Of a DNA stretch of 64,000 bases, positions 1 to 9,076 are shown piece by piece (positions within the stretch are counted from its first letter, which is position 1; each line of letters starts with the position of its first letter). The notes under the pieces are model-generated. The model searched no databases and was not told the DNA's origin. It worked only from the letters and a program-made list of their open reading frames with translations. The translations under genes and the position numbers were made by a program. This DNA comes from Hydrogenothermaceae bacterium. GTDB lineage: Bacteria; Aquificota; Aquificia; Aquificales; Hydrogenothermaceae. The DNA lies in assembly GCA_026418455.1 (NCBI GenBank), contig JAOABH010000007.1, positions 17,554 to 81,553 of the forward strand, in the 5' to 3' direction.

Positions 1-1389
1 TTCTGTATAATCTATAAAATCTTCGCTGTCTTCACTCTCTTCTATTATATCAGTTTTTGAAGCCAAATTTTCAAACTTGGTTATCTCTTTTATGAAGACT
101 AAATTAACTATACCAGTAGGTCCGTTTCTCTGTTTTGCTATAATTATCTCTGCTAATCCTTCTTCCTGAGGTGATGGATTTTTCTTATAGTACTCCGGTC
201 TATGTATAAACATAACTAAATCAGCATCCTGCTCTATTGCTCCTGATTCTCTTAAATCTGCCAGTTGAGGTCTCTTGTCTGATCTCATCTCTGCCTGTCT
301 TGATAGCTGAGCCAATGCAACTACAGGGATACCAAGCTCCTTAGCTAAAGCTTTTAAACTCCTTGATATCTCTGCTACTTCTTGCTGTCTATTTTCTGAT
401 CTTCTTCCAGATGATAGAAGCTGTAAATAATCAACCACTATTAACTTCACATCTGCTTCCTTCTTTAATCTCCTTGCTTTAGCTTTCAAGTCAAGTATAG
501 ATATGGAAGCTGTGTCATCTATATACAGGGGTGCTTTCATCATTTTTAAAGAAACTTCTGCTATTTTTTCTAACTCTTCTGTAGATAAAAATCCGGATCT
601 TATCTTCCTTAAAGGTATCTTACTTTCCTCTCCGAGCAATCTCATTGCTATCTGTTCTTTTGACATCTCTAAGGAGAAAAAGGCTGTTGGCAAACCTTCT
701 ATCACTGATAGATAGTGGAGAATAGAGAGAGCAAATGATGTTTTTCCCATACCTGGTCTTGCTGCTATTATCACAAGGTCTCCTGGGTGAAATCCTGTAG
801 TAAGTCTGTCTATCTCATAGAAACCTGTAGGAACTCCAGTAATTACGGTCTCTTTTTTTGCAAGTTCGTTTATTATCACAAGGGTCTCTTTTAGAACATC
901 AGAAAAATGGTGATAAGCTGTTATCTCTTTGTTCTCTGTTATACTGAATATAAGGTTTTCTGCCTCTTCAAGTAAAGAATCTATATCTTTTTGTTTTTCT
1001 TTTGCTTTTTGAATTATGGTTTGAGATATCTGAATTAGTGACCTTCTTATTCTCTTCTCTCTTAAAACATCTACTATCTGCTGTAAAACAGATGGAACTG
1101 CGGCTTCTTCAATTAGTAGTTTTATATAATCAAGTCCACCAACTTTTTCATAATTTCCAGATTTTTCTAAGTAAATCTTTATTAAAGATAGATCTATAAC
1201 TAATCCATCGGTATATATGGAATGTAGAGCTGTAAATATAATTCTGTTTTTTTCCGAGAAGAAGTCCTCAGGCTTTAAATTTGAGAATATAAACTCTGAA
1301 TGTTCTGGAAAAGTTATTATGGCACCAAGGACAGCCCTCTCCAACTCTTCATCATAAGGTAGAGAGAGCTCATCCTTTATAGTTTCCAT
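1..1389 (-). CDS. dnaB: replicative DNA helicase DnaB (C-terminal end runs off window start)
   Basis: Own minus-strand translation from ATG (complement of 1387-1389): METIKDELSLPYDEELERAVLGAII...; Walker A GDLVIIAARPGMGKTSF; QLSRQAEMRSDKRPQLADLRESGAIEQDADLV. Absent from the ORF track because it is open to the window edge. Confidence 0.9.
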   Translation of the reverse strand, partial: METIKDELSLPYDEELERAVLGAIITFPEHSEFIFSNLKPEDFFSEKNRIIFTALHSIYTDGLVIDLSLIKIYLEKSGNYEKVGGLDYIKLLIEEAAVPSVLQQIVDVLREKRIRRSLIQISQTIIQKAKEKQKDIDSLLEEAENLIFSITENKEITAYHHFSDVLKETLVIINELAKKETVITGVPTGFYEIDRLTTGFHPGDLVIIAARPGMGKTSFALSILHYLSVIEGLPTAFFSLEMSKEQIAMRLLGEESKIPLRKIRSGFLSTEELEKIAEVSLKMMKAPLYIDDTASISILDLKAKARRLKKEADVKLIVVDYLQLLSSGRRSENRQQEVAEISRSLKALAKELGIPVVALAQLSRQAEMRSDKRPQLADLRESGAIEQDADLVMFIHRPEYYKKNPSPQEEGLAEIIIAKQRNGPTGIVNLVFIKEITKFENLASKTDIIEESEDSEDFIDYTE

Positions 1390-1390
1390 T

Positions 1391-1834
1391 TTATTCAGGT
1401 ATAACGTTTAATTTTACAGTAGCAGAGACCTCTGGATGAAGTCTTATCTGGATGTTGTATCCACCGATATTTCTTATAGGGTTTCTCAACATAACTTTCT
1501 TCTTATCAATATCAAAACCTTTCTCTTTGAGTTTCTCTACTATATCTGTTGTTGTAACAGAACCATACATCTTTCCAGTTACACCTATAGGTCTTGTTAT
1601 CTCTATTTCTATACCATCTAATTTTTTAGCTATCTCTAATGCTTTCTCTTTTTCTCTCTGTAATTTTCTGGCTTTCTGAGCAAGTAGAGCTTTTATATGG
1701 TTTAGGTTATCCTCTGTAGCCTCTACAGCAAGTCCCTTTGGTATTAAAAAGTTTCTTGCAAAACCTCTTTTTACTTCTATTATATCTCCAAAACTTCCCC
1801 AGCCTTCAACATCTTTAACTAATATAACTTTCAT
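1391..1834 (-). CDS. rplI: 50S ribosomal protein L9
   Basis: MKVILVKDVEGWGSFGDIIEVKRGFARNFLIPKGLA is the canonical L9 N-domain. Conserved rpsF-ssb-rpsR-rplI order. Confidence 0.95.
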   Translation of the reverse strand: MKVILVKDVEGWGSFGDIIEVKRGFARNFLIPKGLAVEATEDNLNHIKALLAQKARKLQREKEKALEIAKKLDGIEIEITRPIGVTGKMYGSVTTTDIVEKLKEKGFDIDKKKVMLRNPIRNIGGYNIQIRLHPEVSATVKLNVIPE

Positions 1835-1855
1835 ACTTTTCCTCCTTTCAAGTTG

Positions 1856-2095
1856 TTATGCAATTACATAAGGAATTAAAGCAAGTTGTCTTGCTTTTTT
1901 TATCTCAACAGTAAGTTTTCTTTGGTGTGTAGCACATGTTCCAGAAATTCTTCTTGGAATAATCTTTCCTCTTTCTGATATAAACTCTTTTAATGTTTCA
2001 ATATCCTTGTAATTAGGTTCTTTTTTCTCAGCACAGAACTTACAGTATTTTTTTCTCTTTTGAAAGAAAGGTTTATTTTGAGTTTGTGTTGCCAT
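1856..2095 (-). CDS. rpsR: 30S ribosomal protein S18
   Basis: KYCKFC...[38 protein letters not shown]. Confidence 0.95.
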   Translation of the reverse strand: MATQTQNKPFFQKRKKYCKFCAEKKEPNYKDIETLKEFISERGKIIPRRISGTCATHQRKLTVEIKKARQLALIPYVIA

Positions 2096-2116
2096 TTTTT
2101 CCTCCTTTAAATTTTT

Positions 2117-2527
2117 TTAAAATGGAACGTCTTCATCAGACTCTAAGTCTGCTTTTAATGGTTCTTCATCAAAAGAATCTGTTTCTTGAGGTTGGTTATT
2201 GGAAGGTTTTGATAGAACAGAAACCTTCTCTGCAACTATTTTAACCTTACTTCTCTTTTCTCCGGTGTTTGTTTCCCATTTATCCTGTCTTAAAGATCCT
2301 TCAAGATAAACTTGATATCCCTTGTTTAAGGAGTTTCCAAGTCTCTCTGCTAAATTACCAAACGTTTCTATATCGAAGAAGTAAGTTTCTTCCTGCCAGT
2401 TTCCGTTTTTATCTTTGAAGTTTCTCTTTACAGCCAAGGTGAAAGAAGTTATCTGCATACCACTGGGAAGATATCTAACTTCTGGATTTTTCGTTAGTCT
2501 ACCTATAAGTAAAACTTTGTTTATCAT
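2117..2527 (-). CDS. ssb: single-stranded DNA-binding protein
   Basis: OB-fold N-terminus MINKVLLIGRLTKNPEVRYLPSG and acidic tail ending DEDVPF. Confidence 0.95.
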   Translation of the reverse strand: MINKVLLIGRLTKNPEVRYLPSGMQITSFTLAVKRNFKDKNGNWQEETYFFDIETFGNLAERLGNSLNKGYQVYLEGSLRQDKWETNTGEKRSKVKIVAEKVSVLSKPSNNQPQETDSFDEEPLKADLESDEDVPF

Positions 2528-2545
2528 AACACTTTCCTCATAAAA

Positions 2546-2863
2546 TTAAGCAACCTCTTGATTAGCTGCCTTAGGTTTGTGTAATTTCATGTTCAAAAAT
2601 CTTATAACATCTTCATCTATACGTAGGTTGTACTCCAACGTAGCAGGTAGCTTTGAGTTTGCAGTTTCATAGTTAAAGATGAAGTAGTATCCAGAATTAA
2701 ACTTCTGAATAGGGTAAGATAAATTTCTTCTTCCCCATTTTGTAAGGTTTGTCATCGTTCCTTGATTCTGTTGAATCAAATTCTGAATACCTTCAACCTT
2801 GGCATTCAGCTCTTCATCCGACATCGTCGGCTTAAGGACAACAACCAGTTCATAACTTCTCAT
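2546..2863 (-). CDS. rpsF: 30S ribosomal protein S6
   Basis: MRSYELVVVLKP... S6-like; first gene of the rpsF-ssb-rpsR-rplI cluster. Confidence 0.95.
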   Translation of the reverse strand: MRSYELVVVLKPTMSDEELNAKVEGIQNLIQQNQGTMTNLTKWGRRNLSYPIQKFNSGYYFIFNYETANSKLPATLEYNLRIDEDVIRFLNMKLHKPKAANQEVA

Positions 2864-2895
2864 CTACATACCTCCTTTTGGATGATTTTTTAATC

Positions 2896-2924
2896 AGCCT
2901 TCCTCATCAGAGGAAAGCAAGGCT
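2896..2924 (-). promoter_or_regulatory. interrupted hairpin in the rpsF 5' leader (possible S6:S18 autoregulatory element)
   Basis: AGCCTT/AAGGCT outer stem plus CCTC/GAGG inner stem, with an asymmetric internal loop. It sits between the pth stop and the rpsF RBS. Confidence 0.25.
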
Positions 2925-3490
2925 TACACAACAGTTTTATTACAACTGTTCATAGCTTTATCTACACCGTATTTTAACACGTTTAACAAACAGTCTTCAC
3001 AGTGAGATAAAACCTTCTCAACTGTAAGTTCTTCATCTCTATCGAAAGGAGAGAGTACATAATCAGCAACATCTTCCTTGCTCTGTGGTCTTCCTATACC
3101 TACTCTTAGTCTTGGGAAATTTTCCGTCTTAATCATCTCAATGATTGACTTTATTCCTCTATGTCCACCACTTGAGCCATTTTTCCTCAGTTTTACAGTT
3201 CCTAAAGGTAGGTCTAAGTCATCATAGATAACTAAAATCTCTTCCGGTTTTAAATTGTAATCTTCCATTATATTTAATACAGCATTTCCGCTTAAGTTCA
3301 TATAGGTTTGTGGTTTTGCTAAAATAACATCGTAATCATTACACTCATATAAGTGGGAAAAAGCTTTTTCTTTCTTCTTCCCACAGTTCAACCTTTTTGC
3401 AACTTTATCTATAACCATAAAACCTATATTATGTCTTGTCTTTTTATACTTTTCACCCGGATTTCCAAGTCCTACTATAGCCTTTATCAT
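2924..3490 (-). CDS. pth: peptidyl-tRNA hydrolase
   Basis: GLGNPGEKYKKTRHNIGF...; typical Pth length and motifs. Confidence 0.95.
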   Translation of the reverse strand: MIKAIVGLGNPGEKYKKTRHNIGFMVIDKVAKRLNCGKKKEKAFSHLYECNDYDVILAKPQTYMNLSGNAVLNIMEDYNLKPEEILVIYDDLDLPLGTVKLRKNGSSGGHRGIKSIIEMIKTENFPRLRVGIGRPQSKEDVADYVLSPFDRDEELTVEKVLSHCEDCLLNVLKYGVDKAMNSCNKTVV

Positions 3491-3495
3491 CTATA

Positions 3496-4086
3496 TTAAG
3501 CAGAAGCTCCAGCTGTTTCTTCTTCTGTCACTTCAACTTCAGGTTCAGAAACTACAGCAACAGTTTCATCTCCAGGAGTCATTATCCTTACTCCCTCTAT
3601 AGGAGGTATATCTCTAACGTGTAGAACTTCTCCAAGTCCAAGGTTTGAAACATCTATTGTTATTTTTTCAGGAATATTCTTTGGAGTTGTTCTTATAACT
3701 ATAGAGTGTAGGTGAGGTTCGAATATTCCACCAAGCTCCAATCCTTTTGGTTTTCCTATAAACTCAACAGGAACCTCTACGTCTATCTCTACTCCATGTG
3801 TTACTTCATAAAGGTCAACATGTATAGGCTCATCTCCGAGGTAGTTGTACTGTATATCCTTTAATATACATAGTTTTGGATTTTCATCACCTTCTACTAA
3901 TACATTAATGAAGAAAAGTCCTTTTGGTCTTTTTAGAAGGTCTTTCTTACTGATGTAAACCGATACATTCGGGTGACCTTTACCGTAAAGTTCAGCAGGT
4001 ATGTATCCTTCTCTTCTTTTTTGTTTTACTTCTGACTTTGTTCCTTTCTCTCTTGGTAATGCCTTCCATTCTATAGTCTGGATCAT
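3496..4086 (-). CDS. rplY: 50S ribosomal protein L25/Ctc
   Basis: EGYIPAELYGKGHPNVSVYI plus an acidic C-terminal extension. Conserved rplY-pth pair. Confidence 0.9.
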   Translation of the reverse strand: MIQTIEWKALPREKGTKSEVKQKRREGYIPAELYGKGHPNVSVYISKKDLLKRPKGLFFINVLVEGDENPKLCILKDIQYNYLGDEPIHVDLYEVTHGVEIDVEVPVEFIGKPKGLELGGIFEPHLHSIVIRTTPKNIPEKITIDVSNLGLGEVLHVRDIPPIEGVRIMTPGDETVAVVSEPEVEVTEEETAGASA

Positions 4087-4153
4087 TTACAGCCTCCTTA
4101 CTTAAATTTAAACAGACAAAAATTATACCATATTTTATAAAATTTTTAAAATG

Positions 4154-4162
4154 TGATATAAT
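4154..4162 (+). promoter_or_regulatory. extended -10 promoter candidate for rpmI-rplT-pheST
   Basis: TGATATAAT (TGn + TATAAT) 36 nt upstream of the rpmI ATG; the AAGGAGGA RBS follows. Confidence 0.35.
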
Positions 4163-4197
4163 TATGGTTTCAATTTCGAAAAAAGGAGGATATCTGT

Positions 4198-4401
4198 ATG
4201 GCAAAGGTTAAGATGAAAACCAATAGAACAGCAGCTAAAAGATTGAAGATAACTGCGAAAGGAAAGGTTAAATATTCAAAAGGTGGAGTTTCCCACTACA
4301 ACACAAAGAAATCTCCAAAGAGAAAAAGACAGGGAAGAAAGCCTCAGTATGTTCCTGAGACTATTGAACACAAAGTTAAAGCATTACTACCAAACGCTTA
4401 A
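4198..4401 (+). CDS. rpmI: 50S ribosomal protein L35
   Basis: MAKVKMKTNRTAAKRLKITAKGKV. Confidence 0.95.
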   Translation: MAKVKMKTNRTAAKRLKITAKGKVKYSKGGVSHYNTKKSPKRKRQGRKPQYVPETIEHKVKALLPNA

Positions 4402-4421
4402 TTTAAAGGAGGTATGAAATT

Positions 4422-4775
4422 ATGAGAGTAAAAGGGCCATCATCTAAGAAGCATAAGAAGAAGATTCTAAAGCTTGCAAAGGGTTATTACGGTCAAAAAC
4501 ACAGAAATTACAGAAGAGCCAAAGAACAGGTTATGCACTCTCTTACATATGCGTACAGAGATAGGAGAGATAGAAAGAGACAGTTTAGATCTCTTTGGAT
4601 TACAAGGATTAATATTGCTGCAAGGTTAAACGGCTTAAACTATAGCCAGTTTATAAACGGTCTTAAAAAAGCTGGCATAGAACTTGACAGAAAAATTCTT
4701 GCAGATATGGCTGTAAATGATATGGAAGCTTTCTCTAAATTGGCACAGACTGCAAAAGAAGCTTTAGCAGCTTAA
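4422..4775 (+). CDS. rplT: 50S ribosomal protein L20
   Basis: [23 protein letters not shown]... Confidence 0.95.
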   Translation: MRVKGPSSKKHKKKILKLAKGYYGQKHRNYRRAKEQVMHSLTYAYRDRRDRKRQFRSLWITRINIAARLNGLNYSQFINGLKKAGIELDRKILADMAVNDMEAFSKLAQTAKEALAA

Positions 4776-4786
4776 GGAGTTATAGG

Positions 4787-5821
4787 TTGGATATTAAAGC
4801 CCAACTTTTGCAGGTTAAGACAGATTTCGAATCTGATCTTGAAAATACAGAAAATCTCCAACTTTTAAATGAGATAAGGGTTAAATACCTTGGGAAAAAA
4901 GGTGTTATAACTTCTGTTCTTAAATCGTTGGGTAGTCTGTCTGTAGAGGAGAGAAAGGAAGTTGGGCTTATAGCTAACCAAATTAAAGATTTTATTGAGG
5001 AGTCTTTAAAAGTAAAAGAGGAAAAGTTAAAAGCTAAAGAGTTAGAGGAAAAGCTAAAACGGGAATATTTAGATGTTACTTTGCCCCATAGTTGGCACAG
5101 TATAGGATACTCTCATCCGGTAATTGCAACTCTAAATGAGATAACTTCTATATTCGTATCTATGGGTTTTAGTGTGGAAAGTGGTCCGGAAGTTGAGTCT
5201 GAGGATTATAACTTCACTATGCTTAATATTCCACCACATCATCCAGCAAGAGATATGCAGGACACTTTCTATCTTAACAATGGAATGGTTTTGAGAACAC
5301 ATACATCTCCTGTCCAGATAAGAACAATGCTAAAAAAGAAACCTCCTATTGCCATGGTTGCTCCTGGTAGGGTTTATAGAAAGGATTTAGATCCAACTCA
5401 CTCTCCTATGTTCCATCAGATAGAAGGTCTGGTAGTTGATAGAGATGTAACTTTTAGGGATTTGAAAGGTGTTTTGAAAATATTTTTAGAAACAATCTTT
5501 GGTAAAGATATACCTATAAGATTTAGACCAAGTTACTTCCCATTTACCGAGCCTTCCGCTGAGGTTGATATAGGTTGCACGGTCTGTAAAGGTGTAGGCT
5601 GTAAGGTATGTAAGGAAACTGGTTGGCTTGAGATACTTGGATGTGGAATGGTAGATCCGGAAGTGTTTAAAGCTGTAAATATAGACCCACAAGAGTATTC
5701 TGGATTTGCATTTGGTCTTGGTATAGAAAGGATAGCTATGCTTAGATATCAGATCACAGATATAAGACTTTTATTTAATAACGATATGAGATTTCTCTCA
5801 CAGTTTGAGGGTATAGGATGA
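4787..5821 (+). CDS. pheS: phenylalanine--tRNA ligase alpha subunit
   Basis: TTG start. Class II motifs FRPSYFPFTEPSAEVD and GFAFGLGIERIAML. Confidence 0.95.
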   Translation: MDIKAQLLQVKTDFESDLENTENLQLLNEIRVKYLGKKGVITSVLKSLGSLSVEERKEVGLIANQIKDFIEESLKVKEEKLKAKELEEKLKREYLDVTLPHSWHSIGYSHPVIATLNEITSIFVSMGFSVESGPEVESEDYNFTMLNIPPHHPARDMQDTFYLNNGMVLRTHTSPVQIRTMLKKKPPIAMVAPGRVYRKDLDPTHSPMFHQIEGLVVDRDVTFRDLKGVLKIFLETIFGKDIPIRFRPSYFPFTEPSAEVDIGCTVCKGVGCKVCKETGWLEILGCGMVDPEVFKAVNIDPQEYSGFAFGLGIERIAMLRYQITDIRLLFNNDMRFLSQFEGIG

Positions 5822-8223
5822 GAGTTCCTCTTTCTTGGTTAAAGGATTTTGTAGATATACAGACAACCGCCGAAGAATTAGCTAAAAAGCTTAACTTAAC
5901 TGGATTAGAGACAAATCTCTCTAAATTTGGAGTATATACAGAAGGTCTTATAACTGTAGAGATAAAAGATATCCAAAAACACCCTCAGAGAGAGAAGTTA
6001 AATATCTGTAAAGTTTATGACGGAAATAATACATATCAGGTTATAACTGCAGACCAATCTGTAAAAGTTGGAGATAAGGTAATCTTGGCTAAGGTAGGAG
6101 CAAAGCTACCTTCTAAGGAGATAAATCTTGTTGAATTTGCAGGTGTGAAGTCCGAAGGTATGCTTGTCTCCCTTGAAGATTTAGGTTTAGAAGAAAAGTC
6201 AGATACCCTCTTTTTACTTGATGAAGATACACCTTTAGGTGTAGATGGTGGTAAATTAATTGGATTGGGAGAAGATATACTTGAAATAGAGATAACCCCA
6301 AACAGAGGAGATTGTCTGAGTGTCTTGGGTGTTGCGAGGGAAGTCTCTGCTATTTTCAATTTTAAAAGAAAGGATATTGTTCCTGCTTTAAATCTTCCGG
6401 AAGGAGATTTCAGAATTGAAGTTCTTACAGATGACTGTTATCGTTACTGTGGTGTAGTTATAAAAGGTATAAAAATTAAACAGTCTCCTTTAGATGTTAG
6501 ATTAAAACTTATAAAAGCTGGACTTTCACCTATAAACAATATAGTTGATATTACGAACTATTTATTACTTCAGGAAGGTCAACCTTTACATGCTTTTGAT
6601 TTAGACAGGATAGAAGGTAAATTAGTTGTAAGGAAAGCACAAGAAGGTGAAAAGATAATAACTCTCGATGGTGTTGAAAGAGTCCTTTCAACAGATGATA
6701 TAGTTATAGCAGATGAGGTTAAAGTTTTAGCTTTAGCCGGCGTTATAGGTGGTGATAACAGTAAGATAACTGAAGAAACACAGAACATACTTCTTGAAGT
6801 TGCCGTTTTTGATCCTATTTCTGTTAGAAAAACTTCAAAAAGGTTAGCTGTATCTACCGATTCATCTTACAGGTTTGAGAGGGGCGTTGATATAGAAAGG
6901 CTTGTGGTTGTAAGGGATAAGGCTGTTGATATGACACTATCTTTAGCCGGAGGTAAAGTAGAAGGATTTAAGGATATTTATAGAAAACCTTACAAACCTG
7001 TGAGGATAACATTATCATTACAAAAAGTTGAAAAAGTTTTGGGAGAAAAGTTAGACCCTAAGGAGTGTGAGAATATACTCAACAGCCTTGATATTCCTAC
7101 CACATTGAGAAATGGTCTTTTAGAGTCTGTTGTTCCGGCTCACAGATACCTTGATATATCGAGAGATATTGACCTGGTTGAAGAGATCGCAAGGGTAAAA
7201 GGCTATGATAGCTTTGAACCTTCATATCCAAAAGTTCCAACACAGTCTTTTACACCTCAGATAGAGTTTGATTTCTTCAAAAAAACGAGGGATTATTTCC
7301 TATCTAATGGTTTTACGGAAGTTGTAAATTATACATTCACTTCTGAGGAATTTTACCAGAAACTTAATCTCCCTGTTCCCCCTATAAAGATAGAAAACTA
7401 CATCCTTAAATCTCAGAGTGTAATGAGGGATACGGTATTTGCCGGACTTCTTGAAACATTAAGAGAAAATGTAAGATTTGGTAAAAAAGATATATCTGTA
7501 TTTGAGATCTCTTCTACATTCTTTGATAGCTACGAAGAGATAAGAGTTGGTGTTCTTTCATCTGGAAAGTTAATTGACGGATATGGCTATACAGATAAGG
7601 AAACTAAATTCTCAACCACAAAAGAGTGGGATATACTTACATTTAAAGGAGTTGTAGAAAACTATCTTAGAAGTTTTGGACTTTCTAATTTCAGAATAAT
7701 TCCATCTGATAAAAGTTATCTTCATCCATATCTATCCTTCAATATAGAAGTAGACGGTAAAACTGTTGGATATGTTGGAAAAATTCATCCTAAGGTAGCA
7801 GACCAGTTCGAGATACCTTACAACTGTTATATTTCTGAGTTAAACCTTAAATATGTTCCAAGATTACTGGATGAATCTGCCCTTAAAGAAGGCTATCTCT
7901 ATACCTATTATATTAACAAATTTACCCCGGTTTATAGAGAAATACCTAAATATCCACCGGTTAAGAGAGACATAGCTTTTGTAGTGGGTGTAGATGTTAG
8001 AGAGGGAGAGTTTGAAGAAGCTTTGAAAACTGCTTCGGAATATATCTATAAAGTGAAGCTCTTTGATGTTTATAGATTATCTGAAGATAAGAAAAGTCTT
8101 GCTTACTCCGTAGAGTTTATCTCTCCTCATAGAAGTTTGTCTGATGAGGAAGTTAACAGTATAGTTGATGAAATTTTATATAAGCTTAAATTAAAATACA
8201 GTGATTTAACATTAAGAAGCTGA
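5818..8223 (+). CDS. pheT: phenylalanine--tRNA ligase beta subunit
   Basis: 801 aa, MRVPLSWLKDFV N-terminus, 4-nt overlap with pheS. Confidence 0.95.
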   Translation: MRVPLSWLKDFVDIQTTAEELAKKLNLTGLETNLSKFGVYTEGLITVEIKDIQKHPQREKLNICKVYDGNNTYQVITADQSVKVGDKVILAKVGAKLPSKEINLVEFAGVKSEGMLVSLEDLGLEEKSDTLFLLDEDTPLGVDGGKLIGLGEDILEIEITPNRGDCLSVLGVAREVSAIFNFKRKDIVPALNLPEGDFRIEVLTDDCYRYCGVVIKGIKIKQSPLDVRLKLIKAGLSPINNIVDITNYLLLQEGQPLHAFDLDRIEGKLVVRKAQEGEKIITLDGVERVLSTDDIVIADEVKVLALAGVIGGDNSKITEETQNILLEVAVFDPISVRKTSKRLAVSTDSSYRFERGVDIERLVVVRDKAVDMTLSLAGGKVEGFKDIYRKPYKPVRITLSLQKVEKVLGEKLDPKECENILNSLDIPTTLRNGLLESVVPAHRYLDISRDIDLVEEIARVKGYDSFEPSYPKVPTQSFTPQIEFDFFKKTRDYFLSNGFTEVVNYTFTSEEFYQKLNLPVPPIKIENYILKSQSVMRDTVFAGLLETLRENVRFGKKDISVFEISSTFFDSYEEIRVGVLSSGKLIDGYGYTDKETKFSTTKEWDILTFKGVVENYLRSFGLSNFRIIPSDKSYLHPYLSFNIEVDGKTVGYVGKIHPKVADQFEIPYNCYISELNLKYVPRLLDESALKEGYLYTYYINKFTPVYREIPKYPPVKRDIAFVVGVDVREGEFEEALKTASEYIYKVKLFDVYRLSEDKKSLAYSVEFISPHRSLSDEEVNSIVDEILYKLKLKYSDLTLRS

Positions 8224-8282
8224 AGGTTAACAGGAGCTGAAAGATAAAATGGTTTTAAGACCTTATTCATATATATCAATAA

Positions 8283-8474
8283 CCAGCCTGCGGAGTGCGA
8301 CAGGGATGGCGTGAATTTTTCTGGGCTATAACTGCTGAAAAGGGAGGTCGATATTCCTGTCATCCCCGGTAGCTTCCTGTGGGAAGTTCGAAGGGAGATA
8401 GGTGTGACCACCCACCTATGGAGCTTTTGCTCAGAAGCAGTAATCCATCCCATCGGCTCCGGCGGGTGTCTTTT
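8283..8474 (+). ncRNA. ssrS: GC-rich structured RNA, candidate 6S RNA
   Basis: GC-rich island within a 295-nt gap. Long-range pairings: GGGATGG 8303-8309/CCATCCC 8445-8451, GGAGT 8292-8296/GCTCC 8456-8460, ACTGCT 8331-8336/AGCAGT 8436-8441. Apical hairpin at 8371-8388 and internal hairpin at 8398-8419. G-U pairs favour the plus strand. A T-tract (8471-8474) follows. It lies directly upstream of the 5-formyl-THF cyclo-ligase gene. Confidence 0.45.
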
Positions 8475-8518
8475 AGTCTTTCGTTCCTGGACCTTCCAGC
8501 TTGTGGTAGCTGTGGAGG

Positions 8519-9076
8519 TTGGTGTTTTTGAAGGATAGTTTAAGAAGGAAGCTTATAGAGAAGAGAAAACATTATAAAAACTGGATTGAAGACTCTAAAA
8601 AAATTGAGGATAAATTTTTCTTACTTGATAAAGTTAATAAATCTTCTGTTTTTTTACTTTACTATCCCCATAAAAATGAAGTAAATACATTAAATATCAT
8701 AAACAGACTGTTGTCAGAGGGAAAAACTGTCCTTCTTCCAAAGGTGGAGGGAAAACATCTTTTACCTATCAAAATTACGGATATAAACTCTGTATCAACC
8801 GGATATGCCGGTATAAAAGAACCAGAGGGAGAAGTTTATCAGGGAGATATAGACGTTATAGTTGTGCCGGCAGTTGCTTTTGACGAAAAGGGATATAGAC
8901 TTGGATATGGGAAAGGTTTTTATGACAGATTTTTAAATAAACAGAAAGCTCTAAAAATAGGTCTTGCTTATGATTTTCAAGTTTTAAATGATATACCGAA
9001 AGAGTTACATGATGTACCTGTTGATATTATTATAACACCTACAAAAATAATTAAGACAAAGGAGGAACAAAGATGA
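8519..9076 (+). CDS. 5-formyltetrahydrofolate cyclo-ligase
   Basis: AGIKEP...VVPAVAFDEKGYRLGYGKGFYDRF signature. Confidence 0.9.
   Translation: MVFLKDSLRRKLIEKRKHYKNWIEDSKKIEDKFFLLDKVNKSSVFLLYYPHKNEVNTLNIINRLLSEGKTVLLPKVEGKHLLPIKITDINSVSTGYAGIKEPEGEVYQGDIDVIVVPAVAFDEKGYRLGYGKGFYDRFLNKQKALKIGLAYDFQVLNDIPKELHDVPVDIIITPTKIIKTKEEQR

Noticed and set aside
8283-8520. tmRNA-like 5' end on the minus strand (GGGGATGACAGGAATATCGAC resembles GGGGCUGAUUCUGGAUUCGAC)
   Set aside because: There is no T-arm or CCA-type acceptor 3' end, no plausible tag reading frame ending in a hydrophobic tail, and the G-U pairs in the identified helices support the plus strand.
8283-8520. RNase P RNA (minus-strand GAAGGTCCAGG and GCTCCATAGG resemble the CR-I/P7-P8 region)
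   Set aside because: The motifs are in the wrong order and spacing. No ACAGAA..CGGCTTA-type P4 3' strand is present. The structured region is too short (~190-290 nt). Strand evidence favours plus.
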